Source: a phage | Direction: 5' to 3' (one strand) | Sequence record: PX418213.1 | Length of the DNA: 64,000 nucleotides | Shown: one piece after another, positions 35,514-44,267 of the stretch | Layout of the letters: every line of letters begins with the position of its first letter | How positions within the stretch are numbered: the first letter of the stretch is position 1 | Position numbers and translations under genes: made by a program | The notes under the pieces: generated by a model | Database searches by the model: none | What the model saw: the letters and a program-made list of their open reading frames with translations, nothing else | Told to the model about the DNA's origin: nothing

Positions 35514-36060
35514 GAAAATTTTTCAAGTTTTCGGTAGACATCTCATCCATATCTACGGGAGAAACAAAGCCGTTTAATTTTCTAGCAAATTTTTCACCTG
35601 CAGGGTCATTATCCCCAACAGCTACCAATTTAAAAGGTAGTAATTTCAGTTGCTTTAATAATGCTTTTCCTGGAGAAGAACCCAACATTGCCAGGGCTGG
35701 ATAACCAGCGTTATGTAGCGCCACTGCCTTAAATACAGACTCAGCAATCAATACTACTTTTTCATCTCCATTGAGAGTTTCTAGTCCCCATACACACTGG
35801 GTAGTAGAATAAGTAAAATATTTAGCTTCAAAGGGGCACTTACCATGACCTTTTGGAGCAGAAGGATTATAAGTTTGATAGCCCCTCAACATCCCAGAGA
35901 AGTCATACAACGGGACTGTTAGCCATCCTTCCGGACTTAACCAGCAATGATATTTATCTGTATCAAATCCTCTAGATAAGAGGTGCTGTGTTAGCTCATC
36001 AACATTCATATTTGGTTCCTCTCTCAAATTTATAGATATATTATACTGAGAATTTAGCAT
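35491..36060 (-). CDS. Toprim-domain protein (primase-like fragment)
   Basis: VLIAESVFKAVAL...VAVGDNDPAGEKF resembles DnaG-type Toprim E...DxD motifs; only 189 aa. Confidence 0.55.
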   Translation of the reverse strand: MLNSQYNISINLREEPNMNVDELTQHLLSRGFDTDKYHCWLSPEGWLTVPLYDFSGMLRGYQTYNPSAPKGHGKCPFEAKYFTYSTTQCVWGLETLNGDEKVVLIAESVFKAVALHNAGYPALAMLGSSPGKALLKQLKLLPFKLVAVGDNDPAGEKFARKLNGFVSPVDMDEMSTENLKNFLAMKLNF

Positions 36061-36068
36061 TCAAGCAA
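36040..36068 (-). promoter_or_regulatory. T5-type strong sigma70 promoter
   Basis: TTGCTT, 17 bp, TATAAT. Confidence 0.6.
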
Positions 36069-36184
36069 TCAAATTTTTTAACTTTTTAGAGGAAAATCAT
36101 AGGGCACTTAAGGGTAGCAGATAAGTGGTGAGGACCAAAATTTGTGACCCCACTAAAAATTCAGGGGCAATTTTTAAAGACCCC

Positions 36185-36213
36185 TTGACATTTTCGCTGG
36201 GGTAGTGTAAAGT
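36185..36213 (+). promoter_or_regulatory. sigma70-type promoter for plus-strand three-gene module
   Basis: TTGACA (36185-36190), 17-bp spacer, TAAAGT; AGGAGG RBS before 36266. Confidence 0.4.
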
Positions 36214-36265
36214 ATATGTTATGGATGAGTGATCAAAGAGACACACATTTTCTATATACTAGGAG

Positions 36266-37261
36266 GTGTCAAAAATGACAGAAGAAGTAGCTAAGAGTCC
36301 TGAGACCGTCGCTAGCGTTGCAGCAGAACTGCACCGTCACGAGGAATCAGATAAGAAAAAGTGGGAGAAGGTCAGAGCCTACGAAGAAAAACATCGTGAA
36401 CACGATGATGAAGAAGATGACGATGATGAACATTGTCATAAATATGGAAAACATAAAATGCAAGAACCAGTAAACGTATTTACTAGTGGCTTCCCTGGCC
36501 TACTGGGTGGTTACCCAGCAAACGCAGGTGCTTTCGGTGGTGAAGGTATGGGACTATTCGGAGCTATCCTAATCGGTGCTCTATTAACAGGCGGATTCGG
36601 TGGATTCGGTGGATTCGGTGGACGTGGTATAGTTGGTGAAGGTACCGCAGTTGATGCAGTACTTCAGAACCAAGATACCGCTAGTATTCTAGCAGCTATT
36701 AACACTACTCGTACAGAAGCTAATCAGGGTACTGGGGCTGTTTTAAGCGCAGTTAACAATGGTTTTAGCCAGACATCCCAAAACCAGAGCCGTGATACTC
36801 AGTCTGTACTAACTACGATCTATGGTACAGGTGCTAATCTGTCTAATCAGATCTGCCAGGAAACTCGCAATGTTATTCAGGGTCAGTTCGATCTTTCTCG
36901 CCAGATTGATCAATCTTTCGCAGCTAATCAGATAGCTCGTGCACAAGATAAGTTTGATTCTGCACAGATCGCTTTCCAGCAGACTTTACAAACTAATAAC
37001 CAGTTTGCCGCTGTTCAGGCTCAGATGTGTGCTAACCAGAACTCTCTGGAACGTCAGATCGCTGAATGTTGCTGTGAACTTCAGACTGCGATCGCTGGTG
37101 TAACTACTGCGCGTATCCAGGATGAGTTAGACGCATGTCGCCTACGTGAAGCAATCGCTGCGGGTAGCGGTGCTAACGGTCAGGTAATTAATCAAATCGC
37201 TTTAAGTCTTGGTGCTATCACTCAGACTCTGGCTGGTCTGCAGGCTAAACTGCCGGCTTAA
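36266..37261 (+). CDS. glycine-zipper membrane protein with Q/N-rich coiled-coil-like tail
   Basis: 331 aa; His/acid-rich N-terminus (HREHDDEEDDDDEHCH); GLFGAILIGALLTGGFGGFGGFGG; long Q/N/S/T-rich region with ECCCE. Confidence 0.6.
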   Translation: MSKMTEEVAKSPETVASVAAELHRHEESDKKKWEKVRAYEEKHREHDDEEDDDDEHCHKYGKHKMQEPVNVFTSGFPGLLGGYPANAGAFGGEGMGLFGAILIGALLTGGFGGFGGFGGRGIVGEGTAVDAVLQNQDTASILAAINTTRTEANQGTGAVLSAVNNGFSQTSQNQSRDTQSVLTTIYGTGANLSNQICQETRNVIQGQFDLSRQIDQSFAANQIARAQDKFDSAQIAFQQTLQTNNQFAAVQAQMCANQNSLERQIAECCCELQTAIAGVTTARIQDELDACRLREAIAAGSGANGQVINQIALSLGAITQTLAGLQAKLPA

Positions 37262-37282
37262 TATTAAGGGGAGGAGCCCATT

Positions 37283-37699
37283 ATGAGTAAATATGGTTTT
37301 GTAAATAACGGACTTAATCAAAGTATGGGCTCCCAGCAGCCCGTTCCGGGTCTGGATAACCCCTACTTACAACAGTTGCAACAGCGTTTAGCAGAAGCGC
37401 AACAGATGCAGCAACAACTCCAGCAAAACCCTGGAAGTGTAAGTCCTATGCAAATGATGCAGCAAATGAGCGGGCAGTCGCAAATGTCTCAACAAATGCA
37501 GCAACAGATGCCGCAGCAGCAAGTTCAACAACAAACCCAACAACCGCAGGTTTCTGCGGAAGGACAGGCAGTACTAGCCCTTTTCGAAGACTTCGCAAAG
37601 ACAGAGGATGGGAAACAGCTTGTATCACTTATGGGTAAGTTTAATAGCTTCTGCCAAAGCCAAGTTGCAAAAGCTCAAAATGGTGGTAATAACTCCTAA
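37283..37699 (+). CDS. Gln/Met-rich low-complexity protein
   Basis: 138 aa; central QQLQQRLAEAQQMQQQLQQ...QQMQQQMPQQQVQQQTQQPQ; GGAGG RBS. Confidence 0.55.
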   Translation: MSKYGFVNNGLNQSMGSQQPVPGLDNPYLQQLQQRLAEAQQMQQQLQQNPGSVSPMQMMQQMSGQSQMSQQMQQQMPQQQVQQQTQQPQVSAEGQAVLALFEDFAKTEDGKQLVSLMGKFNSFCQSQVAKAQNGGNNS

Positions 37700-37708
37700 G
37701 GAGAAATT

Positions 37709-37903
37709 ATGTGTTGCAGAAAATCTGTTTCGTGCTGCCCAATGCCTGTAGCACGTTGTTGCTCTCCAGCAATGTTTACGCAAATACCGGCGTTCAATCC
37801 GTTTGCCTTTAAGCCTACTCTTATCCTGCCCCCTAGAGTGGATTTTCAGTCAAGATTGGCCTCCCGTATGGGTGGTTGCTGTACACCGAGAGTGTGGTTC
37901 TAA
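37709..37903 (+). CDS. small Cys-doublet-rich peptide
   Basis: 64 aa with four CC doublets (MCCRKSVSCCPMPVARCC...GGCC); AGGAGA RBS; followed by terminator. Confidence 0.45.
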   Translation: MCCRKSVSCCPMPVARCCSPAMFTQIPAFNPFAFKPTLILPPRVDFQSRLASRMGGCCTPRVWF

Positions 37904-37913
37904 ACCAAAAACA

Positions 37914-37950
37914 AAAGCCCCTGCCGAAAGGTAAGGGGCTTTTTCTTTTG
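37914..37950 (+). terminator. rho-independent terminator
   Basis: AGCCCCT...AGGGGCT hairpin followed by TTTTTCTTTT. Confidence 0.65.
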
Positions 37951-37959
37951 CCTTAAATA

Positions 37960-37994
37960 CAGAAAAGCCCGCGCTCTCGGAGGAAACGCGGGCT
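37960..37994 (-). terminator. rho-independent terminator for SPFH gene
   Basis: GCCCGCG...CGCGGGC hairpin with U-run on minus strand. Confidence 0.6.
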
Positions 37995-38018
37995 TGGTTC
38001 GAAGATTACGTGTAACTA

Positions 38019-38966
38019 TTACTTGTTACGCATATCCATGATCATTTGACCATCGTAGCCAGTACCTACCACAGTCTGAGGTACACCACCTTGATATTTC
38101 TGAGCACGAATCATCTCAACTTCCAGTTGTTTCCAACGAATCATCTCAGGAGTAATAGTACGTTGCAATGCGGCGTTAGCTTCAGCTTCTTTCTTAGCTG
38201 CGTACAGTTTAGCATCTGCGTCACGTTCATTAGCAATAGCTTGGTTGTTGCGAGCTTCACGATCTGCTTCTGCTTGTTTAACCTTCTGCTGTGCTTCTTG
38301 TTCAACACGAGCCAGTTCAGCTTTTGCAGCATTAACTTGCTCTTCACGAACTTTGGTATTCTGTACCTGCTCCATGATTACCGGTGGCAAAGTAATATCC
38401 TGAAGGAACACCTGCTTAACTGTGTAACCATATGGGCGTGCATACTCTTCAACTTCCTGTTGAATTGCAGTTTGCAATTGAGCCTGAATTTTAGCATCAA
38501 ACAAATCTTGTGCTTTAGGTACAGACTTACCAAACTCACGAATAGTAGACAGTAATTTTTCAGTTACATATTTGTCTAACGCTTGATCCTGAGTACCTGC
38601 ATTAATACGGTTAATCGGTGCCTTAGAACCATCAAACTGCAACATAACAGTCAGGTCAACAGTGGATTTAAACTTATCCTGACTAGGAACCTGAAGTTTA
38701 TCTAATTTTAGAGCAATATCTTTTGTACTAAAAGTATCGAAAGAAGCAAAAGGATTTACAATATGAAAGCCGGGTAATACTGGATTAGGGTCTACTTTAC
38801 CCAGGAAAGTCTGGGTTTTAACAGTACCGTCTTGAACAACAGTATAGGAGTTAAGGGCCAGAACTAAACCTACCAAACCAACTGCAGCACCAATACCCCA
38901 ACGTTTGATATTACGCATCAATTTTTGCTCATAAGTCAGTTCTTTAGTGTTTTTAGTAGCAAACAT
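38019..38966 (-). CDS. SPFH/band-7 (prohibitin/HflKC-like) membrane protein
   Basis: 315 aa; N-terminal TM (WGIGAAVGLVGLVLAL); band-7-like core; C-terminal coiled coil. Confidence 0.65.
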   Translation of the reverse strand: MFATKNTKELTYEQKLMRNIKRWGIGAAVGLVGLVLALNSYTVVQDGTVKTQTFLGKVDPNPVLPGFHIVNPFASFDTFSTKDIALKLDKLQVPSQDKFKSTVDLTVMLQFDGSKAPINRINAGTQDQALDKYVTEKLLSTIREFGKSVPKAQDLFDAKIQAQLQTAIQQEVEEYARPYGYTVKQVFLQDITLPPVIMEQVQNTKVREEQVNAAKAELARVEQEAQQKVKQAEADREARNNQAIANERDADAKLYAAKKEAEANAALQRTITPEMIRWKQLEVEMIRAQKYQGGVPQTVVGTGYDGQMIMDMRNK

Positions 38967-39000
38967 ATATTTCCTTTGTTTTAGTTACAGTTAATAAAAT

Positions 39001-39075
39001 TGGCCGAGGTGACAGGATTCGAACCTGCATAAAGGAATTTAGAAGACTCCTGCCTCTCCCTTAGACTACACCCCG
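39001..39075 (-). tRNA. tRNA-Arg (TCT)
   Basis: acceptor CGGGGTG/CACCTCG; anticodon arm GGAGT-CTTCTAA-ATTCC. Confidence 0.7.
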
Positions 39076-39083
39076 AAATTTAG

Positions 39084-39584
39084 TTATTTAATCAGATTAG
39101 CTTGACTTTCCACTGCTTCTGTAGCAGCTTTCTCAGCAATTCTAGCAGCTCGATTTGTCCTAGCTTTAGCAATTATCTTTTTATATTGTTCATCTATTAG
39201 ATCTTCTATCTCGTCATAGAATCTACATTGGTCTAGATAATTTATTGCATCAACATTATAAAGTTTTATATGTAATGCAGAGCTACGACCACCTTTCAAT
39301 GTGCTTTCTAAGATCTGTGGACGATAACGTCTAAGAGTATCTTTTGCCTTTTTAACTTCACCAGTTTCTTCTCCTAATTGGATTAGGTGATAAAGTCGGG
39401 TGTTATCAACGTAGTGCAGTTCAACACTGTGATATTCACCTTCACGAAGATTAAATCCGGTGAGTTTACTCATCTTTTCCTGTGCTTGTTCCAGTGTAAG
39501 CCGCTCCGTAAAATGAACTACGTACAGGATATGAGGACAACACATCTCTTGATGATCAAATATACAAGTAGTTCCTAGATTCAT
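39084..39584 (-). CDS. hypothetical protein
   Basis: 166-aa ORF. Confidence 0.5.
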   Translation of the reverse strand: MNLGTTCIFDHQEMCCPHILYVVHFTERLTLEQAQEKMSKLTGFNLREGEYHSVELHYVDNTRLYHLIQLGEETGEVKKAKDTLRRYRPQILESTLKGGRSSALHIKLYNVDAINYLDQCRFYDEIEDLIDEQYKKIIAKARTNRAARIAEKAATEAVESQANLIK

Positions 39585-39599
39585 AGATATATTTCCTAT

Positions 39600-40396
39600 T
39601 CTAAGTATTTTTAAGAATTCTCATAAAAACTCTTAAAAATACAGACGATACCGGGAGAGTCATAAGTCTCACTCATTAAGTATTTCAAGACAAAATACGG
39701 TAACGTCTATTATTTTCCAGTTTAAGTCAGGGTGACTTAGTGGTTATGTCCTGCGGTATATTGAGGACTCGGTTAGGCTTGGGGTCATGACTTCCCACCT
39801 TTTGCTGCTACTCAACAGGAGTTATCGCGAATTACCTGTGCTATTGTGCACCATTAGTGACATCTCTCATGTCAGCATTTCCCACTTTGTGGATAGCTTG
39901 AAAAACTACTCCGATATGGAGAAAGAACTTCACTATCCTAGAATACCTTCTAAAGTTCTTCTTTAGCCTGGACATAGTTAAATCGTAATAAAACTATTCA
40001 GCAGACTGGTTGGTTAGTCTGGAACCAACTACCGCGTGGTTTAGGCAGTGCGCAACTAACCTCGGAAGCTTTTACGTTAAAAGCACCAGTTATCCAGTTC
40101 TTACCGACCGTAGGATTCGAACCTACATCTTCCACCAGTTACGACTTGATAATACCAATTATACTAGGACGGCAGTGTTACTACATAAGTGATTTCCACA
40201 CCCCACTATTTATAAATTAGAGAAGAGTTTAGGGGAGAGGTTTCAGACGCCTCATTTTACACGTTCTAGCCACTAACCGGGATTGCCGCCCCCTGTGTAC
40301 TAGTTTTACAACTAACCCACCGACTCTATTCAATGCGCTCCGCTTGGGATTCTGCACTCAGCGTAATCGGCTCGCTGTTCCCTAATTTATGAATAT
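39600..40396 (-). ncRNA. about 800-nt non-coding transcribed region with degenerate tRNA-like element
   Basis: no ORF of 60 aa or more; lies between promoter 40397-40425 and gene 39084-39584; T-loop GGTTCGAATCC at 40113-40123 with imperfect acceptor. Confidence 0.3.
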
Positions 40397-40425
40397 ATTA
40401 TACAGAATTTATAAGCATTTAGCAA
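40397..40425 (-). promoter_or_regulatory. T5-type strong sigma70 promoter
   Basis: TTGCTA, 17 bp, TATAAT. Confidence 0.6.
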
Positions 40426-40433
40426 ATAAATTT

Positions 40434-40877
40434 TTAATTAAATTCTCCAGCAATCTGAGCAGCAGTACCACCATCATAACGCCCAGGAAATTCTTCCTTA
40501 ATCGCTTTCATCAGCATACCCTTTGTAATTCCAGGGTTTAGCTTAACTAATTCTGCAAAGTATTTACGAATCTCAGTATCAGATAACTGAGGAGGCAGAT
40601 ACTCCTGCAACCATTTATTTAGAATGTACTCATACTGAGCAGACTGCAAGCTATAACTATCAAGATCTTGACCATGAAGTTTAGCTTTCATCTGGTTAAT
40701 GCTTTTTAGTTGAGCTTTGAGATAAGACACAAATTGTTCAGAAGTGATGAAATCTTTATCAATACGCTGAAGATCCCCAATTATGGTCTGATAGCTTTTA
40801 GCGACTTCTTTATCAGAACCATTAAACTTAGAATCCTGCAAAGCTCTACGCAAAACATCTAAAATATTCTCTTCCAT
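40434..40877 (-). CDS. GatB/YqeY-domain protein
   Basis: 147 aa; C-terminal ...ITKGMLMKAIKEEFPGRYDGGTAAQIAGEF resembles YqeY family. Confidence 0.55.
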   Translation of the reverse strand: MEENILDVLRRALQDSKFNGSDKEVAKSYQTIIGDLQRIDKDFITSEQFVSYLKAQLKSINQMKAKLHGQDLDSYSLQSAQYEYILNKWLQEYLPPQLSDTEIRKYFAELVKLNPGITKGMLMKAIKEEFPGRYDGGTAAQIAGEFN

Positions 40878-41047
40878 TATTTCATTCCTAACGCTTGGTT
40901 AAAAGATTGTTCTGTCATAACTGCTGAGACTTTGGCGAAATCAAACTTTTTAGGGTTCGTAGTGATTTCAGCAACGTTAGAAGTTTTAACAGTTTTCGTA
41001 GTACGAATACCGCGAGTGTTAACACCAATAATTACAACTGATTTCAT
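40877..41047 (-). CDS. small hypothetical protein (56 aa)
   Basis: hand-translated MKSVVIIGVNTRGIRTTK...; GAGGAAG RBS; TAATG overlap with YqeY-like gene. Confidence 0.4.
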   Translation of the reverse strand: MKSVVIIGVNTRGIRTTKTVKTSNVAEITTNPKKFDFAKVSAVMTEQSFNQALGMK

Positions 41048-41078
41048 ATTTCGCTTCCTCTCATTAATTTATGAAAGT

Positions 41079-41107
41079 ATTATACAGAAATTTAAGTAGT
41101 TGAGCAA
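41079..41107 (-). promoter_or_regulatory. T5-type sigma70 promoter
   Basis: TTGCTC, 17 bp, TATAAT. Confidence 0.55.
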
Positions 41108-41115
41108 GTAAATTT

Positions 41116-41565
41116 TTAAGTTTTAGTGACAACAGGTTTATAGAATGTATGTCCCTTAATCTTAGTTGTTTTCTTAAATTTCTTTGTCCAGTAAGGTTTA
41201 TCTTTACCACTATGGAAGTATAGTGCTCCATGTGTAGGATCTTGTGGTAAATCAACGTAGTATATCACTCTAGCTAAATTCTTAGCGGTTTGCCAAGCCT
41301 CATCAGTTTTATCAACTTTTGGTCTCTTAGATACCCAAGAGAACTGGTTAGACTGATATACTACTTTACAGTAGGAATCTGGGAATTTACCGGAGTTTAC
41401 ACGGTTTTTAGTAACATGTGCAATCGCCGTCATTCCCTTTATGCCCTCACCACGACTTTCGAAATAGATATTTTTAGCAATGCAATCTATTTCTTTTGCA
41501 TCGTGCGATGCCTGACTACTAAAGCTGAAGGTAAGGGCAGCTACTAAAAGCAAAGCTGCCTTCAT
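41116..41565 (-). CDS. secreted SleB-like cell-wall hydrolase
   Basis: start moved to Met with AGGAG RBS; signal peptide MKAALLLVAALTFSFSSQA; core ...NIYFESRGE...AIAHVTKNR... Confidence 0.6.
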   Translation of the reverse strand: MKAALLLVAALTFSFSSQASHDAKEIDCIAKNIYFESRGEGIKGMTAIAHVTKNRVNSGKFPDSYCKVVYQSNQFSWVSKRPKVDKTDEAWQTAKNLARVIYYVDLPQDPTHGALYFHSGKDKPYWTKKFKKTTKIKGHTFYKPVVTKT

Positions 41566-41569
41566 TCTT

Positions 41570-41887
41570 TTACTCCTGCCAATCATATTCAACACGATTG
41601 GGATTTTCTTTATACCCTAAGTCAAGCAAATCATTACGCATATTTTGCTTAGCTACTGGGTTCGAGGTTACTAGTACCACTTTCTTTGGTCTCTGCCCAA
41701 ATTCTAAGAGTAAACGAAGAATTTGATAACCTTCCATACCATCTACAGCCAAGTCATTATCCATATAAACGAAATGGCCTGTGGTATCAGTTTTATTCAG
41801 AAACTCTACAGCGGCTTCTGGGGTTCGAATGATAATGTCCATTCCGTGAAGATTACGCACATCATCAATCAAAATATGAAAAGTCAT
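41570..41887 (-). CDS. hypothetical protein, possible receiver-like fold
   Basis: 105-aa ORF; domain call is weak. Confidence 0.45.
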   Translation of the reverse strand: MTFHILIDDVRNLHGMDIIIRTPEAAVEFLNKTDTTGHFVYMDNDLAVDGMEGYQILRLLLEFGQRPKKVVLVTSNPVAKQNMRNDLLDLGYKENPNRVEYDWQE

Positions 41888-41917
41888 AATAGCCTCGTTT
41901 CATCAATTTAAAAATAT

Positions 41918-41946
41918 ATTATACATATAATTTAGTAGATTAGCAA
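41918..41946 (-). promoter_or_regulatory. T5-type strong sigma70 promoter
   Basis: TTGCTA, 17 bp, TATAAT. Confidence 0.6.
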
Positions 41947-42329
41947 ATACATTTTTAAATTGTGAAACTAGTAAACCGATAAACAGCCTAGAGGCGCCAC
42001 AGGCCATATCTTATGAGCCATGTACCTTTGATCTAGGGTTTGAATCATCAACGAATACTTTGCATCTTTTAGCTTTAGAAGTTTAGAAGTTTGAGTTCTT
42101 TAAACTTTTCAGCTTTCATACTTAAATGTTGATCTTTGAAGTTGTGTCGGTAATATCAACGACGCTTTGTTCTTACGTGTCAGCTTAAAAGGCTGGTGTA
42201 ATAAACATAATCTCCAATAGATTATACTTTATAGTATGGTCAGCGGTCCTATTTAACCTCGTATTTCAACCGCTGCTGCGAGGTAAGATGCTTGGGCTTT
42301 CGTCTACCGATTTACTAGCTTTTAAATTA

Positions 42330-42968
42330 TTACTCTACTTCAATGAAGGTAGAGGCGTTAGACTCGGACAGAACAAAGTCAACATTTGTTGCAAAGTCCT
42401 GATATTCCTCGTCATGCTGCTTAATCAGCTTTTCCAGTTCCAGCGGATCAATCAAGAATGGAGTATTCTTGAGTTCCAGCAGGTTGAGCTGCATTTTAAC
42501 TTCATCTTCGGAAGTTTTCTTATCGCGGGTAGCCATGCTATCCTGCAAACGCTCATATTTAGCATCAAACTGTGCTTTCTGCGTATTAAACTTAACCGTA
42601 GCGGCATGGAACTGCTTACGCATATTAGCCAGCAGTTGGGCTTTAAGTTCCATAGAACGCTTAGCTTCAATTGCTTCCGCAACAGTCATCTTACGAGAGC
42701 CAATCTCAACGATTGTTTCCGCATTGCTTTTAATCAGAGCAGATTTGATACGATCACGCTGGGACATCATATCCAGGAGAGATTGGAAATCTGCCTTAAT
42801 ACGAGTAGACAAATCAGCTACTTCGATTGCAGCGCCAACTACAACCTGGTTTTTATCCTTACCTTCGCCAACAGCGATCAGAAGCTGCTGTTCAGTAGCT
42901 TTACGGATTTTAGCTTCCAGAGATTTGATAGTTGCCAGAGCGCGAGTTTTAGAGATACGAGTAGTCAT
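42330..42968 (-). CDS. hypothetical coiled-coil protein
   Basis: 212-aa ORF; overlapping plus-strand ORFs judged spurious. Confidence 0.55.
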   Translation of the reverse strand: MTTRISKTRALATIKSLEAKIRKATEQQLLIAVGEGKDKNQVVVGAAIEVADLSTRIKADFQSLLDMMSQRDRIKSALIKSNAETIVEIGSRKMTVAEAIEAKRSMELKAQLLANMRKQFHAATVKFNTQKAQFDAKYERLQDSMATRDKKTSEDEVKMQLNLLELKNTPFLIDPLELEKLIKQHDEEYQDFATNVDFVLSESNASTFIEVE

Positions 42969-43021
42969 TATTTGCTTCCTTATATGAAGTTTGAGATTTG
43001 AATTTGTTTAAATTTGGTCTA

Positions 43022-43204
43022 TTACAGACCAATTGCCAGCAGAGTGCGCAGAACAGTATCATTACTGTTATCAATTTTAGGATTAGCACGATTTAGCAGA
43101 TCAAAGATCTTCTGGATACCTGATTGACGTTCAGCCATACGACGGATGCCCAGATTACGAGTAGCTTTCTTACCATTTTTACGAACATTTTTAGATACTG
43201 GCAT
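43022..43204 (-). CDS. small basic protein
   Basis: 60-aa ORF downstream of promoter 43245-43273. Confidence 0.4.
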   Translation of the reverse strand: MPVSKNVRKNGKKATRNLGIRRMAERQSGIQKIFDLLNRANPKIDNSNDTVLRTLLAIGL

Positions 43205-43244
43205 ATTTGTTTTCCTTTTATTGTTTTCTCAAATTTATGAGTAT

Positions 43245-43273
43245 ATTATACAGAATTTTGGGGCCGGAAGCAA
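43245..43273 (-). promoter_or_regulatory. T5-type strong sigma70 promoter
   Basis: TTGCTT, 17 bp, TATAAT. Confidence 0.6.
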
Positions 43274-43274
43274 A

Positions 43275-43976
43275 TCAAATTTTCATTTTTTCGATCATAG
43301 CTGCAACACAATAGCTCTCAACTAAGGCATCAAATGCAGGAGCATGCTTAACCGGATAGATCCCATAACGAATGGTGTCCATCTTTTCCATTTTAGCTAT
43401 TGCCCAGCTAATACCTTCGGTCTCTAGAGCTTTATAACTGTATCCAGCTTGCATCCAGAGATTACGAAGAGATCGAACATTGCCCAAATTCCAGAATTTC
43501 CACGGAACTACCTCTTCATTGGTTCCAGCATGGAACGTATTTGCAGAGTAGATAGTCATATCAAACTCTGGGCCATTGCCATAATACAAAGCATTTTCGC
43601 CTAGAGCCAACTCCATAATATTTTGAGCCATAGAGAAGGCAGCATAGTTTGAGCCTAATTTATTAGTGCAATGATGTTTACCATTTTGGAAGGCAATCAG
43701 TTTTGGATTACGTTCCTTCATAGCTTCCATAATGTGGATAGCAGACGGACTATTTTTAGCTTGATCCATCCAGAATGCTAGAGTAGATGCTGTAACTTTG
43801 GCACCAGAATTAAGTTGATCTTGCACATCCAAAGTAACAAATACTAGATCAGGGTCTTTATCAATTCCATGCATAGCCACAAAAGCGAAAGAAGGCATTG
43901 CGATATGAGTAGTACCACAATCTCCTGGAGTTCCTAGAGATTCAATATCTAGCATACCAAATGGTTTTACTTTCAT
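43275..43976 (-). CDS. DEDD-family 3'-5' exonuclease-like protein
   Basis: 233 aa; N-terminal FGMLDIESLG resembles DnaQ-like Exo I motif. Confidence 0.5.
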   Translation of the reverse strand: MKVKPFGMLDIESLGTPGDCGTTHIAMPSFAFVAMHGIDKDPDLVFVTLDVQDQLNSGAKVTASTLAFWMDQAKNSPSAIHIMEAMKERNPKLIAFQNGKHHCTNKLGSNYAAFSMAQNIMELALGENALYYGNGPEFDMTIYSANTFHAGTNEEVVPWKFWNLGNVRSLRNLWMQAGYSYKALETEGISWAIAKMEKMDTIRYGIYPVKHAPAFDALVESYCVAAMIEKMKI

Positions 43977-44004
43977 AACTTATCCTTTATTGTGTAGAAA
44001 ACTA

Positions 44005-44226
44005 TTAAAGAGCTGTCTCTTTAATAGACTCCCACTTCTTGGGGTCTTTAAAACCAGGAAGCATATCCTCACTGACATCCCAGTTCTCTTCCATATAGGG
44101 GTCATCTAAGTCTAACTCATCCACTGCTAAATCCATTACCTCATGACTAGAAAGTCGTGTATAATCCCTAGCTGACTTATGGGTGCTAGCACGGTTAAAA
44201 TCATTCTTTGCTACAAAATTACGCAT
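44005..44226 (-). CDS. hypothetical protein
   Basis: 73-aa ORF. Confidence 0.45.
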   Translation of the reverse strand: MRNFVAKNDFNRASTHKSARDYTRLSSHEVMDLAVDELDLDDPYMEENWDVSEDMLPGFKDPKKWESIKETAL

Positions 44227-44267
44227 AGTTTCTCCAAATAAGAGGGGCTTTCGCCCCCTGATTTAAA

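Noticed and set aside
40010-40192. Plus-strand 60-aa ORF
   Set aside because: Overlaps the tRNA-like element in a non-coding region and has no RBS
42288-43001. ORFs 42288..43001, 42452..42682 and 42469..42987 overlapping gene 42330..42968
   Set aside because: Alternative frames of the same locus; only the minus-strand 212-aa frame fits the surrounding operon and promoter layout
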